Shown: positions 27,628-36,951, counted from the first letter of the stretch. The stretch is 36,951 bases of DNA from Candidatus Kaiserbacteria bacterium RIFCSPHIGHO2_12_FULL_53_13 (GCA_001781555.1 MFLP01000006.1:1-36951); one strand, 5' to 3'. Translations and numbers: made by a program. Notes: generated from the letters alone by a model not told the origin.

Positions 27628-29160
27628 ATGGCTAGAATCAAGCAATATATCGATGCAATAAGGAATTTTGCTTCAAGTCGCCCGTGGACGACCGTTTTCC
27701 TGATCCTTGCAGTTTTGGGCTTCGGATGGTGGTATTACTCCAGCAGGAATAAGCAGGACATTCCAAATTTCGCAGTTATAAGCCGCGGCACGGTGTCCCA
27801 AGTCGTTTCTGTTACCGGGAAAGTCAAACCTGCAAACGAGGTAAATTTGTCATTTGAAAAAAGCGGACGGATAGCCGTTGTTTATCACGACGTTGGTGGA
27901 CTGGTCGCCGCCGGAACCCTGCTAGTGTCGTTAGAGAGTGCTGATGTTGCGGCACAGCTCGCACAAGCAAAGGCGACCGTTAGGTCGCAGGAGGCAAAGC
28001 TGGAGGAACTAAGAAGAGGTTCTCGACCCGAGGACATTTTCGTATCAGAAGTTGATGTTGAGAACGCCGCTAACGATGTCACGAATGAAATTAAGAATAG
28101 TTATGTAAATTCAGATGATGCGATTAGGAACAAAGTCGACCAGCTATTTTCAAGTCCGAAGAGCGCATCGCCGCAGTTTAATTTCACAATAAGTGATTCA
28201 CAGCTTAAAAATGACATAGAGAGCGGACGGGTAGCTGTTGAAGCAGTGCTCACGTCTTGGAACGCATCAACGGCTGATCTATCTGCCACTCAAGATATTT
28301 ATCAGAATATAAAGGAATCGAAACAAAACCTTCGGGCTGTTCAGAATTATTTGGATAAAGTGGCAACCGCGGTAAATACTCTGACGACGAGTTCTACGGT
28401 ATCTCAGACGACGGTCGATGCTTACAAAGCAGCCATCCTCGCTGGCCGCACGAATGTGACGACCGCGCTCGATACGCTGACGACCTCGGAAGAGAAGCTC
28501 CGCACGGCGCAATCCAAACTCGCTTTGAAGAAAGCCGGTACCGTGCAGGAGCAAATTGATGCACAGGCGGCGGAAGTCGATGCCGCGAATGCAAGCGTGA
28601 TGAATCTGCAGGCGCAGCTTGCGAAAACCGTGATCCGTTCGCCCATATCCGGCGTTATCACAAGACAGGATGCGCACGCAGGTGAAATCGCAGGCATCGG
28701 GGTGAACCTTGTGTCGGTGATATCAGCCGGAAAATACGAGATCGAGGCGAATATTCCCGAGGCGGATATTGCCAAGATAAAGATCGGAGATAAAGCGCAG
28801 GTGACACTTGACGCCTACGGAAATGACGCGCTATTTACCGCGTCAGTTTCGAAGATCGACCCGGCCGAGACGGTCATCGACGGCGTCTCGACCTACCGGA
28901 CCACGCTTCAATTCAAGAAGAGCGATCCTCGCATCAAGCCCGGAATGACCGCGAATACCGACATCGCCGGAGAGAAACGCGAGGATGTGCTGTTCGTGCC
29001 CGGGCGCACTGTTTTCACCAGAGGAACGATAAAGACCGTGCAGATGATCGAGGGAGATACGGTCCGGGAGGTGGAGATAACCACGGGCTTGCGGGGTTCG
29101 AACGGCGACGTAGAAGTCATTTCCGGATTGAAAGAGGGAGACAAGGTAAAAATAAACTAG
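27628..29160 (+). CDS. MacA/HlyD-like adaptor subunit with long coiled coil
   Basis: TM, VSVTGKV, LSFEKSGRI, IRSPISG, PGMTAN, VEVISGLKEGD. Confidence 0.9.
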   Translation: MARIKQYIDAIRNFASSRPWTTVFLILAVLGFGWWYYSSRNKQDIPNFAVISRGTVSQVVSVTGKVKPANEVNLSFEKSGRIAVVYHDVGGLVAAGTLLVSLESADVAAQLAQAKATVRSQEAKLEELRRGSRPEDIFVSEVDVENAANDVTNEIKNSYVNSDDAIRNKVDQLFSSPKSASPQFNFTISDSQLKNDIESGRVAVEAVLTSWNASTADLSATQDIYQNIKESKQNLRAVQNYLDKVATAVNTLTTSSTVSQTTVDAYKAAILAGRTNVTTALDTLTTSEEKLRTAQSKLALKKAGTVQEQIDAQAAEVDAANASVMNLQAQLAKTVIRSPISGVITRQDAHAGEIAGIGVNLVSVISAGKYEIEANIPEADIAKIKIGDKAQVTLDAYGNDALFTASVSKIDPAETVIDGVSTYRTTLQFKKSDPRIKPGMTANTDIAGEKREDVLFVPGRTVFTRGTIKTVQMIEGDTVREVEITTGLRGSNGDVEVISGLKEGDKVKIN

Positions 29161-29178
29161 CCCTGGCGCTCAAGAAGT

Positions 29179-29895
29179 ATGGCGCTCATGGAAGTGAGGG
29201 ATCTGGAGAAAACCTACCAAGACGAGGACGTCGCGACGCGCGTCTTGAAAGGCATCACGCTCGACATCAGCGAGGGCGAATTCCTCGCGATCATGGGACC
29301 TTCCGGCTCCGGCAAATCGACCTTGCTTCACATCCTCGGATTTCTTGAGAAGCCATCGGACGGCTCGTATCGCTTCGACGACAGGACCGTAGATGAATAC
29401 ACGGAGCAGGAAGTGGCTCGCGTGCGGAATAAGAAGTTCGGCTTCATCTTCCAATCGTTCAACCTCCTGCCGCGGACGACCGTGCTTGAGAATGTGAAGC
29501 TCCCGCTCCTCTATTCCGGAGTCCGTGAGGAACTGTGGGAGGAAAAAGCGAAGCAGGCTATCGAGAGGGTGGGGCTCTCGCACCGCCTCGACTTCGAGCC
29601 GTCCCAGCTTTCCGGAGGCGAAAAACAACGGGTCGCAATCGCGCGGGCGCTCGTGAATGATCCGCAGGTCATCTTCGCCGACGAGCCGACGGGGAACTTG
29701 GATTCAAAGTCGGGCGAACTGGTGATGGAGACCATCCAGCGTCTGCATGCCGGTATGGGGAACACTGTCATCCTGATCACGCATGAGACCTATACTGCCG
29801 AATACGCACAGCGCATCGTCCGTCTTTACGACGGACAGGTGGAAAGCGACGTCAAGGTCGCGAATCGACGCACGGGGAAAGCATTCGTCAAATAG
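29179..29895 (+). CDS. ABC transporter ATP-binding protein (MacB/LolD-like)
   Basis: GPSGSGKS, LSGGEKQR, ADEPTGNLD, ITHE. Confidence 0.95.
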   Translation: MALMEVRDLEKTYQDEDVATRVLKGITLDISEGEFLAIMGPSGSGKSTLLHILGFLEKPSDGSYRFDDRTVDEYTEQEVARVRNKKFGFIFQSFNLLPRTTVLENVKLPLLYSGVREELWEEKAKQAIERVGLSHRLDFEPSQLSGGEKQRVAIARALVNDPQVIFADEPTGNLDSKSGELVMETIQRLHAGMGNTVILITHETYTAEYAQRIVRLYDGQVESDVKVANRRTGKAFVK

Positions 29896-29900
29896 TATGA

Positions 29901-30041
29901 CTCGGTAGTGAGATGCGCCTTTGGCGGGCAAATAAACTGAAAATCAACATGCAAACGAATCTAAACAATCTGGAAAACGCTTACGCATCTCGCCGCGCCA
30001 GCCGGAAGGCGTCTGGCGCAAAGGCGCGTCCTACTAACCGG
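29901..30041. mobile_element. Fold-back insertion (MITE-like) flanked by a GTATGA direct repeat
   Basis: About 25-nt imperfect terminal inverted repeats; GTATGA at 29895-29900 and 30042-30047; internal hairpin GCGCCAG-CCGGAAGGCGT-CTGGCGC. Confidence 0.55.
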
Positions 30042-30043
30042 GT

Positions 30044-31282
30044 ATGATCCTCAAACACACGGTACGGACTGCGCTCATCGGGCTCAAGACCAATAAATCC
30101 CGCTCGGCCTTGACCATTCTCGGCATTGTCATTGGTGTTACGGCAATTATCGTGATTGTGTCTCTTGGGGAAGGAGCACAAAGCCTGATCTTGGGCCAGA
30201 TTCAAGGACTTGGTTCGCGTGTGATCGGAGTTGTCCCGGGTCGAATACCCAAAAGCCCGACCGACATCGTCGCAACGCTCTCCGCTTCGTTGACCACAAG
30301 AGATCTTGCGGCTTTGGAGCGTAAAGAGAATGTACCCCATGCTGAATATATTATTCCAGTAGTATTCGGCAGTGAGACGATTTCGTATGAGGGGCGCACA
30401 TACCGTCCAACGATATTTGGCGGAAACGAGATGATGGCAGACGTTTATGACTCTTATCCAGAGCGCGGGAGGAATGTGACTGCTGATGAGGTGCATAATT
30501 CCGCAGCGGTGGTGATTTTGGGGTATAATGTTGCAGATAAATTGGCACCAAACAGCGATCTTTTGAACCAACGCGTAAAAATAAAAGGCAAAAATTTCTT
30601 GGTGATTGGGATACGCGCAAAGATGGGGAGTGTTACTCTAATTAATTTTGACGAGATGGCGATGATGCCTTATACCACTGCCCAGCAGTATGTGTTTGGC
30701 ATCAGATACTACAACCGTTTTATTGTCCGTGCTGACAAAGATGAAAACGTCATCTCAACCGTTCACGATATACAGGCGACGCTCCGCCAACTGCATGGTA
30801 TTACTGACCCAGACAAAGATGACTTTAGCATTCAAACACAGGCGGATGCTCTGAAGACCGTGGGTATCGTTCTGACCGCCCTCACGCTCTTCCTCGCGAT
30901 GGTCGCCGCCATCTCGCTCGTTGTCGGCGGCATCGGCATCATGAACATCATGCTCGTATCTGTGACGGAGCGAACACGTGAGATCGGACTGCGCAAGGCA
31001 ATCGGTGCGACAAACAGAGACATTTTGATGCAATTTTTGCTTGAAGCTGTCATATTAACCGGCGTAGGCGGAGTTATCGGCATACTCTTGGGTGCCGGTC
31101 TTTCCTTCGCGATCTCGCTCGTGATACGCAATGTGTTCGGATTGGATTGGAATTTCACGTTCCCGCTTCAGGCCGCGCTTCTCGGCATCGGCGTCTCGAG
31201 CATCATCGGGCTCATCTTCGGTCTTTATCCCGCGCGCACCGCCGCGAAGAAGAGTCCGATCGAAGCCCTGCGGTATGAATGA
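30044..31282 (+). CDS. ABC transporter permease (MacB/FtsX-like)
   Basis: RSALTILGIVIG, GGIGIMNIMLVSVTERTREIGLRKAIGA, PIEALRYE. Confidence 0.95.
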   Translation: MILKHTVRTALIGLKTNKSRSALTILGIVIGVTAIIVIVSLGEGAQSLILGQIQGLGSRVIGVVPGRIPKSPTDIVATLSASLTTRDLAALERKENVPHAEYIIPVVFGSETISYEGRTYRPTIFGGNEMMADVYDSYPERGRNVTADEVHNSAAVVILGYNVADKLAPNSDLLNQRVKIKGKNFLVIGIRAKMGSVTLINFDEMAMMPYTTAQQYVFGIRYYNRFIVRADKDENVISTVHDIQATLRQLHGITDPDKDDFSIQTQADALKTVGIVLTALTLFLAMVAAISLVVGGIGIMNIMLVSVTERTREIGLRKAIGATNRDILMQFLLEAVILTGVGGVIGILLGAGLSFAISLVIRNVFGLDWNFTFPLQAALLGIGVSSIIGLIFGLYPARTAAKKSPIEALRYE

Positions 31283-31306
31283 GCTCCGGAATGATATAAT
31301 TATAAA

Positions 31307-31489
31307 ATGGACATTGATCAGCTGATCGGGAAGTTCGACAAGCTGATGCACGAACACGGTCGCTGGTTTATGCTCGCATCCGTATTTCTAGTCGCCGTTT
31401 TTCTGTTCCTGCTCTGGGTCTTTGCGACACGGAGAATGCCGGAAGTAGGGTCTTCGGAGGCGATATCAGTCCTGCGGCATTTGCTATGA
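31307..31489 (+). CDS. Small single-TM protein (60 aa)
   Basis: One hydrophobic helix; TGaTATAAT 6 nt before the ATG. Confidence 0.6.
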   Translation: MDIDQLIGKFDKLMHEHGRWFMLASVFLVAVFLFLLWVFATRRMPEVGSSEAISVLRHLL

Positions 31490-31496
31490 TGATTCT

Positions 31497-32984
31497 ATGA
31501 GCGAAACCGACATGCGTGCGGAGCGGCTTAAGAAGCTTGAACGTCTGAAAGAAGCGGGAATGGATCCGTATCCTGCCATTTCAGCGCGGACGGCGACCAT
31601 ATCAGATTTTCTTGCGGATTTCGATGAGCGTATGAAGAACGGCGCCTCGGCGACGCTTGCCGGCCGCGTTATGTCTTTGCGTGGACAGGGAGGCATAATA
31701 TTCGCCGATATTTTCGATGGCTCGACTGCGCTCACCGAAGGTGGAACGGGGCGCGTGCAGACAGTCCTTCAGAAAGCCGACATGGATGACGCAGCTTTCA
31801 TATTATTCAACGAAACGGTTGATGCAGGAGATTTTGTCGAATGCACGGGTGTTGCGTATACAACGAAACGGGGAGAGCATTCGCTCAAAGTCTCTTCATG
31901 GCGCATGCTTTCCAAGTCGCTCTTACCCATTCCCACGGAATGGTATGGTATCAAAGACGAAGAACTTCGCCTGCGCGAACGGTATCTCGACATACTTCTC
32001 AACGCCGATATGCGCGCGATGTTCGAGCGCAAGACGAAGTTCTGGCGCGCCGTACGTGATTTCTATCTTGCGCGCGGCTTCATGGAGGTCGAGACCCCGA
32101 CTCTTGAGACGAGCCCCGGCGGCGCCGACGCGCGGCCGTTCACGACGCACCACAATGCTCTCGACATCGACGTGTACCTGCGCATATCTGCCGGAGAACT
32201 GTGGCAGAAACGCCTGCTCATCGCCGGTTTTTCGAAGGTATTCGAGATCGGCCGCATCTTCCGCAACGAAGGCCAGTCGCGCGAGCATTTGCAGGATTAT
32301 ACGCAGCTTGAATCATATGAGGCCTTCTCCGACATGCGTGCAGGCATGAAATTCGTTCAGGAGCTCTATCGTCACGTCGTGAAAGAGACCTACGGCAAGT
32401 ACTCATTCAAGATTGCTGAGCACGAAGTGGATTTCGCGGACAAGTGGCCGACTGTCGATTTCTCCGATGCGATCCGCGAGCGTTTCGGGCTCGATCCTCT
32501 CACCGCTACGGAAGAAGATGCGATACAGGCGGCTCGCGACGCTGGCGTCGTGTTCGGCGATGCTCCAAATCGTGCACGCGCTATTGACCATCTCTGGAAG
32601 CAGATACGCAAATCGATAGGGGGACCCGCATTTCTCGTCGGCGTACCGGTGTTCCTAGAACCTCTGGCGAAGCGCAGTGGTAAGAATGAAAGTGTCGTTG
32701 AACGCTTCCAAGTGATTATCGCCGGTTCCGAGGTGGGGAAAGGGTACAGTGAACTGAATGATCCCCTAGACCAGCGCGCACGGTTCGAGGAGCAACAGCA
32801 CTTGCGGGATGAAGGCGATGACGAAGCGCAACGGCTCGATCTTGATTACGTACGAGCGATGGAATACGGTATGCCGCCGGCGTTTGGTTTTGGCGTCTCG
32901 GAAAGATTGTTCGCATTTCTTGAGAATAAGCCGGCGCACGAAACTCAGCTCTTCCCGCTCCTGCGGCCGAAGTCTGGCGATTGA
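31497..32984 (+). CDS. lysS: Lysine--tRNA ligase (class II)
   Basis: OB fold, RERYLD, GGADARPF, YLRIS, FRNEG, ERFQ, YSELNDP, EYGMPP. Confidence 0.96.
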   Translation: MSETDMRAERLKKLERLKEAGMDPYPAISARTATISDFLADFDERMKNGASATLAGRVMSLRGQGGIIFADIFDGSTALTEGGTGRVQTVLQKADMDDAAFILFNETVDAGDFVECTGVAYTTKRGEHSLKVSSWRMLSKSLLPIPTEWYGIKDEELRLRERYLDILLNADMRAMFERKTKFWRAVRDFYLARGFMEVETPTLETSPGGADARPFTTHHNALDIDVYLRISAGELWQKRLLIAGFSKVFEIGRIFRNEGQSREHLQDYTQLESYEAFSDMRAGMKFVQELYRHVVKETYGKYSFKIAEHEVDFADKWPTVDFSDAIRERFGLDPLTATEEDAIQAARDAGVVFGDAPNRARAIDHLWKQIRKSIGGPAFLVGVPVFLEPLAKRSGKNESVVERFQVIIAGSEVGKGYSELNDPLDQRARFEEQQHLRDEGDDEAQRLDLDYVRAMEYGMPPAFGFGVSERLFAFLENKPAHETQLFPLLRPKSGD

Positions 32985-32999
32985 AGCGGTCGAGGCGGC

Positions 33000-33386
33000 A
33001 TGAGACGGAGTGAATTCGAGGTTCTGGTGCGCGACGGGTACGAGCGGCTTCCGGAATGGGTGCGCGGAAAAATAAAGAACGTGGCGCTCCTCATCGAAGA
33101 CGAGCCGGATGAAGCGACGCGCCGCGAGGAAGGCCTCAAGCCGGACGAGACCCTGCTCGGACTCTATCGCGGCGTCCCGCATACGGCGCGGGGCGAAGGA
33201 TACGGCGTAGGAATGACACTGCCCGATACGATCACTCTCTATCAGGAGCCCATAGAAGAAGCGGCGGAGGAAGATGGCATATCCGTGGCGCGGGTCGTCG
33301 CGGAGACCATCTGGCACGAATTCGCACACCACTTTGGGATGGATGAGGTGGAGGTGCAGGAACGCGAACGGCAAAAAGGTCTTTAG
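33000..33386 (+). CDS. Zincin-like metallopeptidase (Zincin_1/DUF1025-like)
   Basis: LLGLYRGVP, PDTITLY, HEFAHHFG. Confidence 0.88.
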   Translation: MRRSEFEVLVRDGYERLPEWVRGKIKNVALLIEDEPDEATRREEGLKPDETLLGLYRGVPHTARGEGYGVGMTLPDTITLYQEPIEEAAEEDGISVARVVAETIWHEFAHHFGMDEVEVQERERQKGL

Positions 33387-33477
33387 GGCACAGATATTTT
33401 TCTGCTGAAAAATTCTTCCCGCTCGCGCCGACGCGCTCCGCGAGTCCCTAAAGACCTTTCCGCCGCTCTGCTCCTGC
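33356..33477. repeat. Long imperfect inverted repeat with inner hairpin
   Basis: Perfect core AAAGGTCTTTAGGG (33375-33388) / CCCTAAAGACCTTT (33446-33459), extendable to about 32 nt; inner CTCGCG..CGCGAG. Confidence 0.75.
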
Positions 33478-33496
33478 GTGGTATAGTATGAAGAAT

Positions 33497-34750
33497 ATGG
33501 CAAAACTCTCGGAGGTTCTGCGTGCGCGCGGCTACGTGCATCAGTTTTCGAGCGAAAAGCTCGAAGAGATAACCGATGGACAGAAGCGTACCGTTTACCT
33601 CGGGATAGACCCCTCCGCCGATTCGCTCCACGTTGGTAATCTGGTGGGACTCCTTGTCTTGCGGCGATTCCTAGAAGACGGGCACAAAGTCATCCTTCTT
33701 ACGGGCGGCGGCACGGGCATGATAGGCGACCCGGGCGGCAAAAGCGAAGAGCGCAATCTCTTGGATGAAGAGACGGTCGCGCGCAATACGAAGACCGTGG
33801 CGGCGCAGATACGCAGAGTATTCGGGAGCGATGAATTCACCGAGGTGAACAACGCGAAATGGCTCGCGGGCCTCAAGCTCCTCGATTTCCTGCGCGACGT
33901 GGGGAAGCATTTCACCGTGAACGCGATGGTCAAGAAAGACATCGTGCGCGATCGGCTCGAGAGCGAATCACCCATCTCGTTCACCGAGTTCAGCTACTCG
34001 CTCCTGCAGGGCTACGATTTCCTTTACCTGAACGAACACTATGCATGCGACATGCAAGTCGGCGGTTCGGATCAGTGGAGCAACATTCTTGCCGGCGTCG
34101 AGTTCGTTCGGCGCAAGAGCGGAAAAACGGTCTACGCGTTCACCTGGCCGCTCCTCATCAACAAGGCAACCGGTAAGAAATTCGGCAAGAGTGAAGAAGG
34201 GGCGATATGGCTCAGCTCGGCAAAAACAACTCCATTCCAGTTCTATCAGTTCTGGCTGAACTCAGAAGACGATGCGGTGGAAGAATATTTGCTCAAAATG
34301 ACCCTTATTCCCGCAGGAGAGATCGCCACCATCATCTCTGAGCATAAAAGGAATCCGGCGGGGAGATATGCTCAAAAGAGATTAGCGAATGCGGTGACAT
34401 CACTTGTCCATGGAGAAAAAGTAGCCCATGTAGTAGGAGATGTCTCAGCCGCCATTTTTGGAGATAAAGAAATGGGAGCTCTGTCTTCGGAAGAACAAGA
34501 GTTACTTAGGAGAGAAGCCCCGACATACCCAGTGCGTCTTGGCCTGCATATCGTGGATGTTCTGGTAGAGACGAAGCTCGCCTCTTCAAAGAGGGAAGCT
34601 CGGCAATTTATTGAGGACGGGGCAGTGATGTTGAACGGCGGTCGCATTTCCGATCCGAACCGAAAAATAATGCATGAGGACTTTCAGGATGCCCCGCTCG
34701 CGAAATTGAAGCGCGGAAAGCGCAACGCGGCCATCCTCACGCTCGGTTGA
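33497..34750 (+). CDS. tyrS: Tyrosine--tRNA ligase
   Basis: YLGIDPSADSLHVGN, IGDPGG, GGSDQW, KFGKS, C-terminal S4-like domain; alternative start 33488. Confidence 0.96.
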   Translation: MAKLSEVLRARGYVHQFSSEKLEEITDGQKRTVYLGIDPSADSLHVGNLVGLLVLRRFLEDGHKVILLTGGGTGMIGDPGGKSEERNLLDEETVARNTKTVAAQIRRVFGSDEFTEVNNAKWLAGLKLLDFLRDVGKHFTVNAMVKKDIVRDRLESESPISFTEFSYSLLQGYDFLYLNEHYACDMQVGGSDQWSNILAGVEFVRRKSGKTVYAFTWPLLINKATGKKFGKSEEGAIWLSSAKTTPFQFYQFWLNSEDDAVEEYLLKMTLIPAGEIATIISEHKRNPAGRYAQKRLANAVTSLVHGEKVAHVVGDVSAAIFGDKEMGALSSEEQELLRREAPTYPVRLGLHIVDVLVETKLASSKREARQFIEDGAVMLNGGRISDPNRKIMHEDFQDAPLAKLKRGKRNAAILTLG

Positions 34751-34799
34751 GACGAAAGCAGGTTTCTTTTGTTAGGTAAATTTTGATACAGTACTTAGC

Positions 34800-36833
34800 G
34801 TGAAATCGGGATTCAATCTGAAGCCGCACTATAAACCGGCCGGCGATCAGCCGGGCGCTATAAAAGCGCTCGTTGAGGGGCTAAAAGCCGAGAAACGACA
34901 CCAGACACTTTTTGGAGTCACCGGCTCGGGCAAGACATTCACTGTCGCAAATGTAATTGAGCAATGGCAAAAGCCGACCTTGGTCATAGCGCATAACAAA
35001 ACGCTTGCCGCCCAGCTCGCGGCGGAATATCGCGAATTTTTTCCCGACAACGCGGTGCACTATTTCGTGTCGTACTACGATTACTATCAACCGGAAGCTT
35101 ACATGCCGGTCTCTGATACATATATCGAGAAGGAGGCGCAGGTAAATGAAGATATCGAACGCTTGCGGCATGCGGCGACGCAGGCGCTCCTCACGCGTAA
35201 AGATGTGATAATCGTCGCATCTGTCTCCTGCATTTATGGATTGGGAAGTCCTACGGAATATGAAAAGGTCAATCTGAAAATAACTAAAGGAGAAGTGCAG
35301 ACGCGCGCGACTCTCACACGCCGCCTTATCTCGATGTATTTCGAGCGTGTTGCTGGCGACCTGTCGCCTGGGACATTCCGCGCGCTCGGCGGGAGTGTTG
35401 AAATAATGCCGGCGAGTGAACGCACTATCTATCGCGTGGATCTATCTGGGGGCAATGTCGCCAAAATCGAGGAAATAGACCCGACAACACGCGAGATACA
35501 CGGCAAGAAAGACGCAGTCTTCATCTTTCCTGCAAAGCACTATGTGACGCCCAAAGACGTACAAGAAGCTGCTCTTTCAGATATTGAAGAAGAACTCAAG
35601 GCACAGCTTAGAAAATTCAACGATTCGGGGAAGATATTGGAAGCCGAACGGCTTAAGCGCAGGACGCGCCAGGATATTGCCATGATCCGCGAGTTCGGCT
35701 TCTGCAATGGCATCGAGAACTATTCGCGGCATTTCGACAGACGCCAGCCTGGCGAGCCACCTCACACGCTCCTTTCGTACTTTCCGAAGAACGCCGATGG
35801 CACTCCGGATTTCCTTACGGTAATTGATGAATCGCACGTGACCATCCCGCAGATCGGAGGAATGTACGCGGGCGATCGCGCGCGCAAAGAGATGTTGGTA
35901 GAGTATGGTTTCCGTCTTCCGAGCGCAGTTGATAATCGTCCTCTTACTTTTGAGGAATTTGAGAAGCGCGTGGGAGAGACGCTTTATACAAGCGCGACAC
36001 CAGGGCACTATGAGCTGGAGCGCAGCAGCGCGCCAGTAGAGCAGGTCATCCGTCCGACCGGGCTCGTGGACCCAGAAATTGTCGTAAAGCCCATAGTCAG
36101 TTCGAATGAATATCTGGGGCAGGTCAAAGATTTCATAGCGGAAGCGGAAATCGTCACGAAGCGTGGAGGACGCTCGATGGTGACGGTGCTCACCAAAAAG
36201 ATGGCGGAGGATCTCGCGGCGTTCCTTGCCGAAAAGAAGGTAAAGGCGCGCTACGTCCACAGCGACGTGAAGACAATCGAGCGCATCGAGATACTCACCG
36301 ATTTCCGCAAGGGCACGTTCGACGTGCTCGTCGGAGTGAACCTCCTGCGCGAAGGTCTCGACCTGCCGGAAGTCGAACTGGTCGGCATACTCGATGCCGA
36401 CAAAGAAGGGTTCCTGCGCAGCGAAACATCCCTCATTCAGACCATAGGCCGCGCTGCACGGAATGTTTTGGGCCGTGTAATCCTATATGCAGACAACATG
36501 ACGGGCTCAATGGAACGCGCGATAGGTGAGACGAATCGGAGGCGCGAGAAACAGATCGCGTACAATGTGAAGCATGGTATCACGCCGCAAACGATCCAAA
36601 CGCGCATCAAGGACATCATCGGTGACATCGAGCGTACGCGAAAGCGCGCTGTTTCCGGGCTTGCCGAGCTCGACGCGGAAGCGTACAAGGGAGATATGAA
36701 GAAGCTCATCGCCGATAAACGCCGTGAGATGCACGACGCGGCTGATAAACTTGATTTCGAGACTGCCGCGTTATTGAGAGATGAGATACGGATGCTGGAG
36801 GCCGAGAATGGCACGAAAAGAAAGAAGAAATAA
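34800..36833 (+). CDS. uvrB: Excinuclease ABC subunit B
   Basis: GVTGSGKT, HNKTLAAQL, YYDYYQPEAY, DESH, QTIGRAARN, C-terminal UVR domain. Confidence 0.97.
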   Translation: MKSGFNLKPHYKPAGDQPGAIKALVEGLKAEKRHQTLFGVTGSGKTFTVANVIEQWQKPTLVIAHNKTLAAQLAAEYREFFPDNAVHYFVSYYDYYQPEAYMPVSDTYIEKEAQVNEDIERLRHAATQALLTRKDVIIVASVSCIYGLGSPTEYEKVNLKITKGEVQTRATLTRRLISMYFERVAGDLSPGTFRALGGSVEIMPASERTIYRVDLSGGNVAKIEEIDPTTREIHGKKDAVFIFPAKHYVTPKDVQEAALSDIEEELKAQLRKFNDSGKILEAERLKRRTRQDIAMIREFGFCNGIENYSRHFDRRQPGEPPHTLLSYFPKNADGTPDFLTVIDESHVTIPQIGGMYAGDRARKEMLVEYGFRLPSAVDNRPLTFEEFEKRVGETLYTSATPGHYELERSSAPVEQVIRPTGLVDPEIVVKPIVSSNEYLGQVKDFIAEAEIVTKRGGRSMVTVLTKKMAEDLAAFLAEKKVKARYVHSDVKTIERIEILTDFRKGTFDVLVGVNLLREGLDLPEVELVGILDADKEGFLRSETSLIQTIGRAARNVLGRVILYADNMTGSMERAIGETNRRREKQIAYNVKHGITPQTIQTRIKDIIGDIERTRKRAVSGLAELDAEAYKGDMKKLIADKRREMHDAADKLDFETAALLRDEIRMLEAENGTKRKKK

Positions 36834-36834
36834 T

Positions 36835-36951
36835 ATGTCCATCAATATCAAAGAAAACGTGCCGCTGGCGCCTTTGACCACCTTCAAGATAGGTGGGGCC
36901 GCAAGATATTTTACCGAGGTGCGAAGCGAAGATGATATTCGCGAAGCGCTC
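36835..36951 (+). CDS. murB: UDP-N-acetylmuramate dehydrogenase, N-terminus (runs off the window)
   Basis: MSINIKENVPLAPLTTFKIGGAARYF. Confidence 0.85.
   Translation, partial: MSINIKENVPLAPLTTFKIGGAARYFTEVRSEDDIREAL

Noticed and set aside
33387-33496. T-box riboswitch upstream of tyrS
   Set aside because: Only about 100 nt, no T-box (GGTGGNACCGCG-like) consensus, and the -10 box lies downstream of the structure

Overview
Gene-dense bacterial chromosome segment in the standard code (TGA is a stop). Compact spacing, scarce Shine-Dalgarno motifs, many short membrane proteins, a Gmad2 surface protein and a short Obg suggest a Patescibacteria/CPR (Parcubacteria-like) genome; this is an inference. 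Housekeeping genes: obgE, purF, pyrB, gdhA, lysS, tyrS, uvrB, the start of murB, an M29 aminopeptidase and a MacAB-like ABC exporter. The main accessory feature is an ~8 kb co-oriented copper island (6834-14999). It has a perfect CsoR operator inside a sigma70 promoter, csoR and copA, then ten mostly uncharacterised Cys/His/Met-rich membrane or exported proteins, with a possible leader-peptide attenuator in the middle. Other notable items: an AT-rich ABC-ATPase + TOPRIM-like pair (candidate defence module); an S41 protease with a degenerate J-domain where PDZ normally sits; a 141-bp fold-back insertion with a 6-bp direct repeat inside the ABC operon; a 24-nt in-frame insert in lysS; a PurF lacking three of four Fe-S cysteines; and a window-wide leaderless-promoter signature. 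No rRNA, tRNA, CRISPR array or transposase was recognised. All family assignments come from motif recognition by eye, not database searches.
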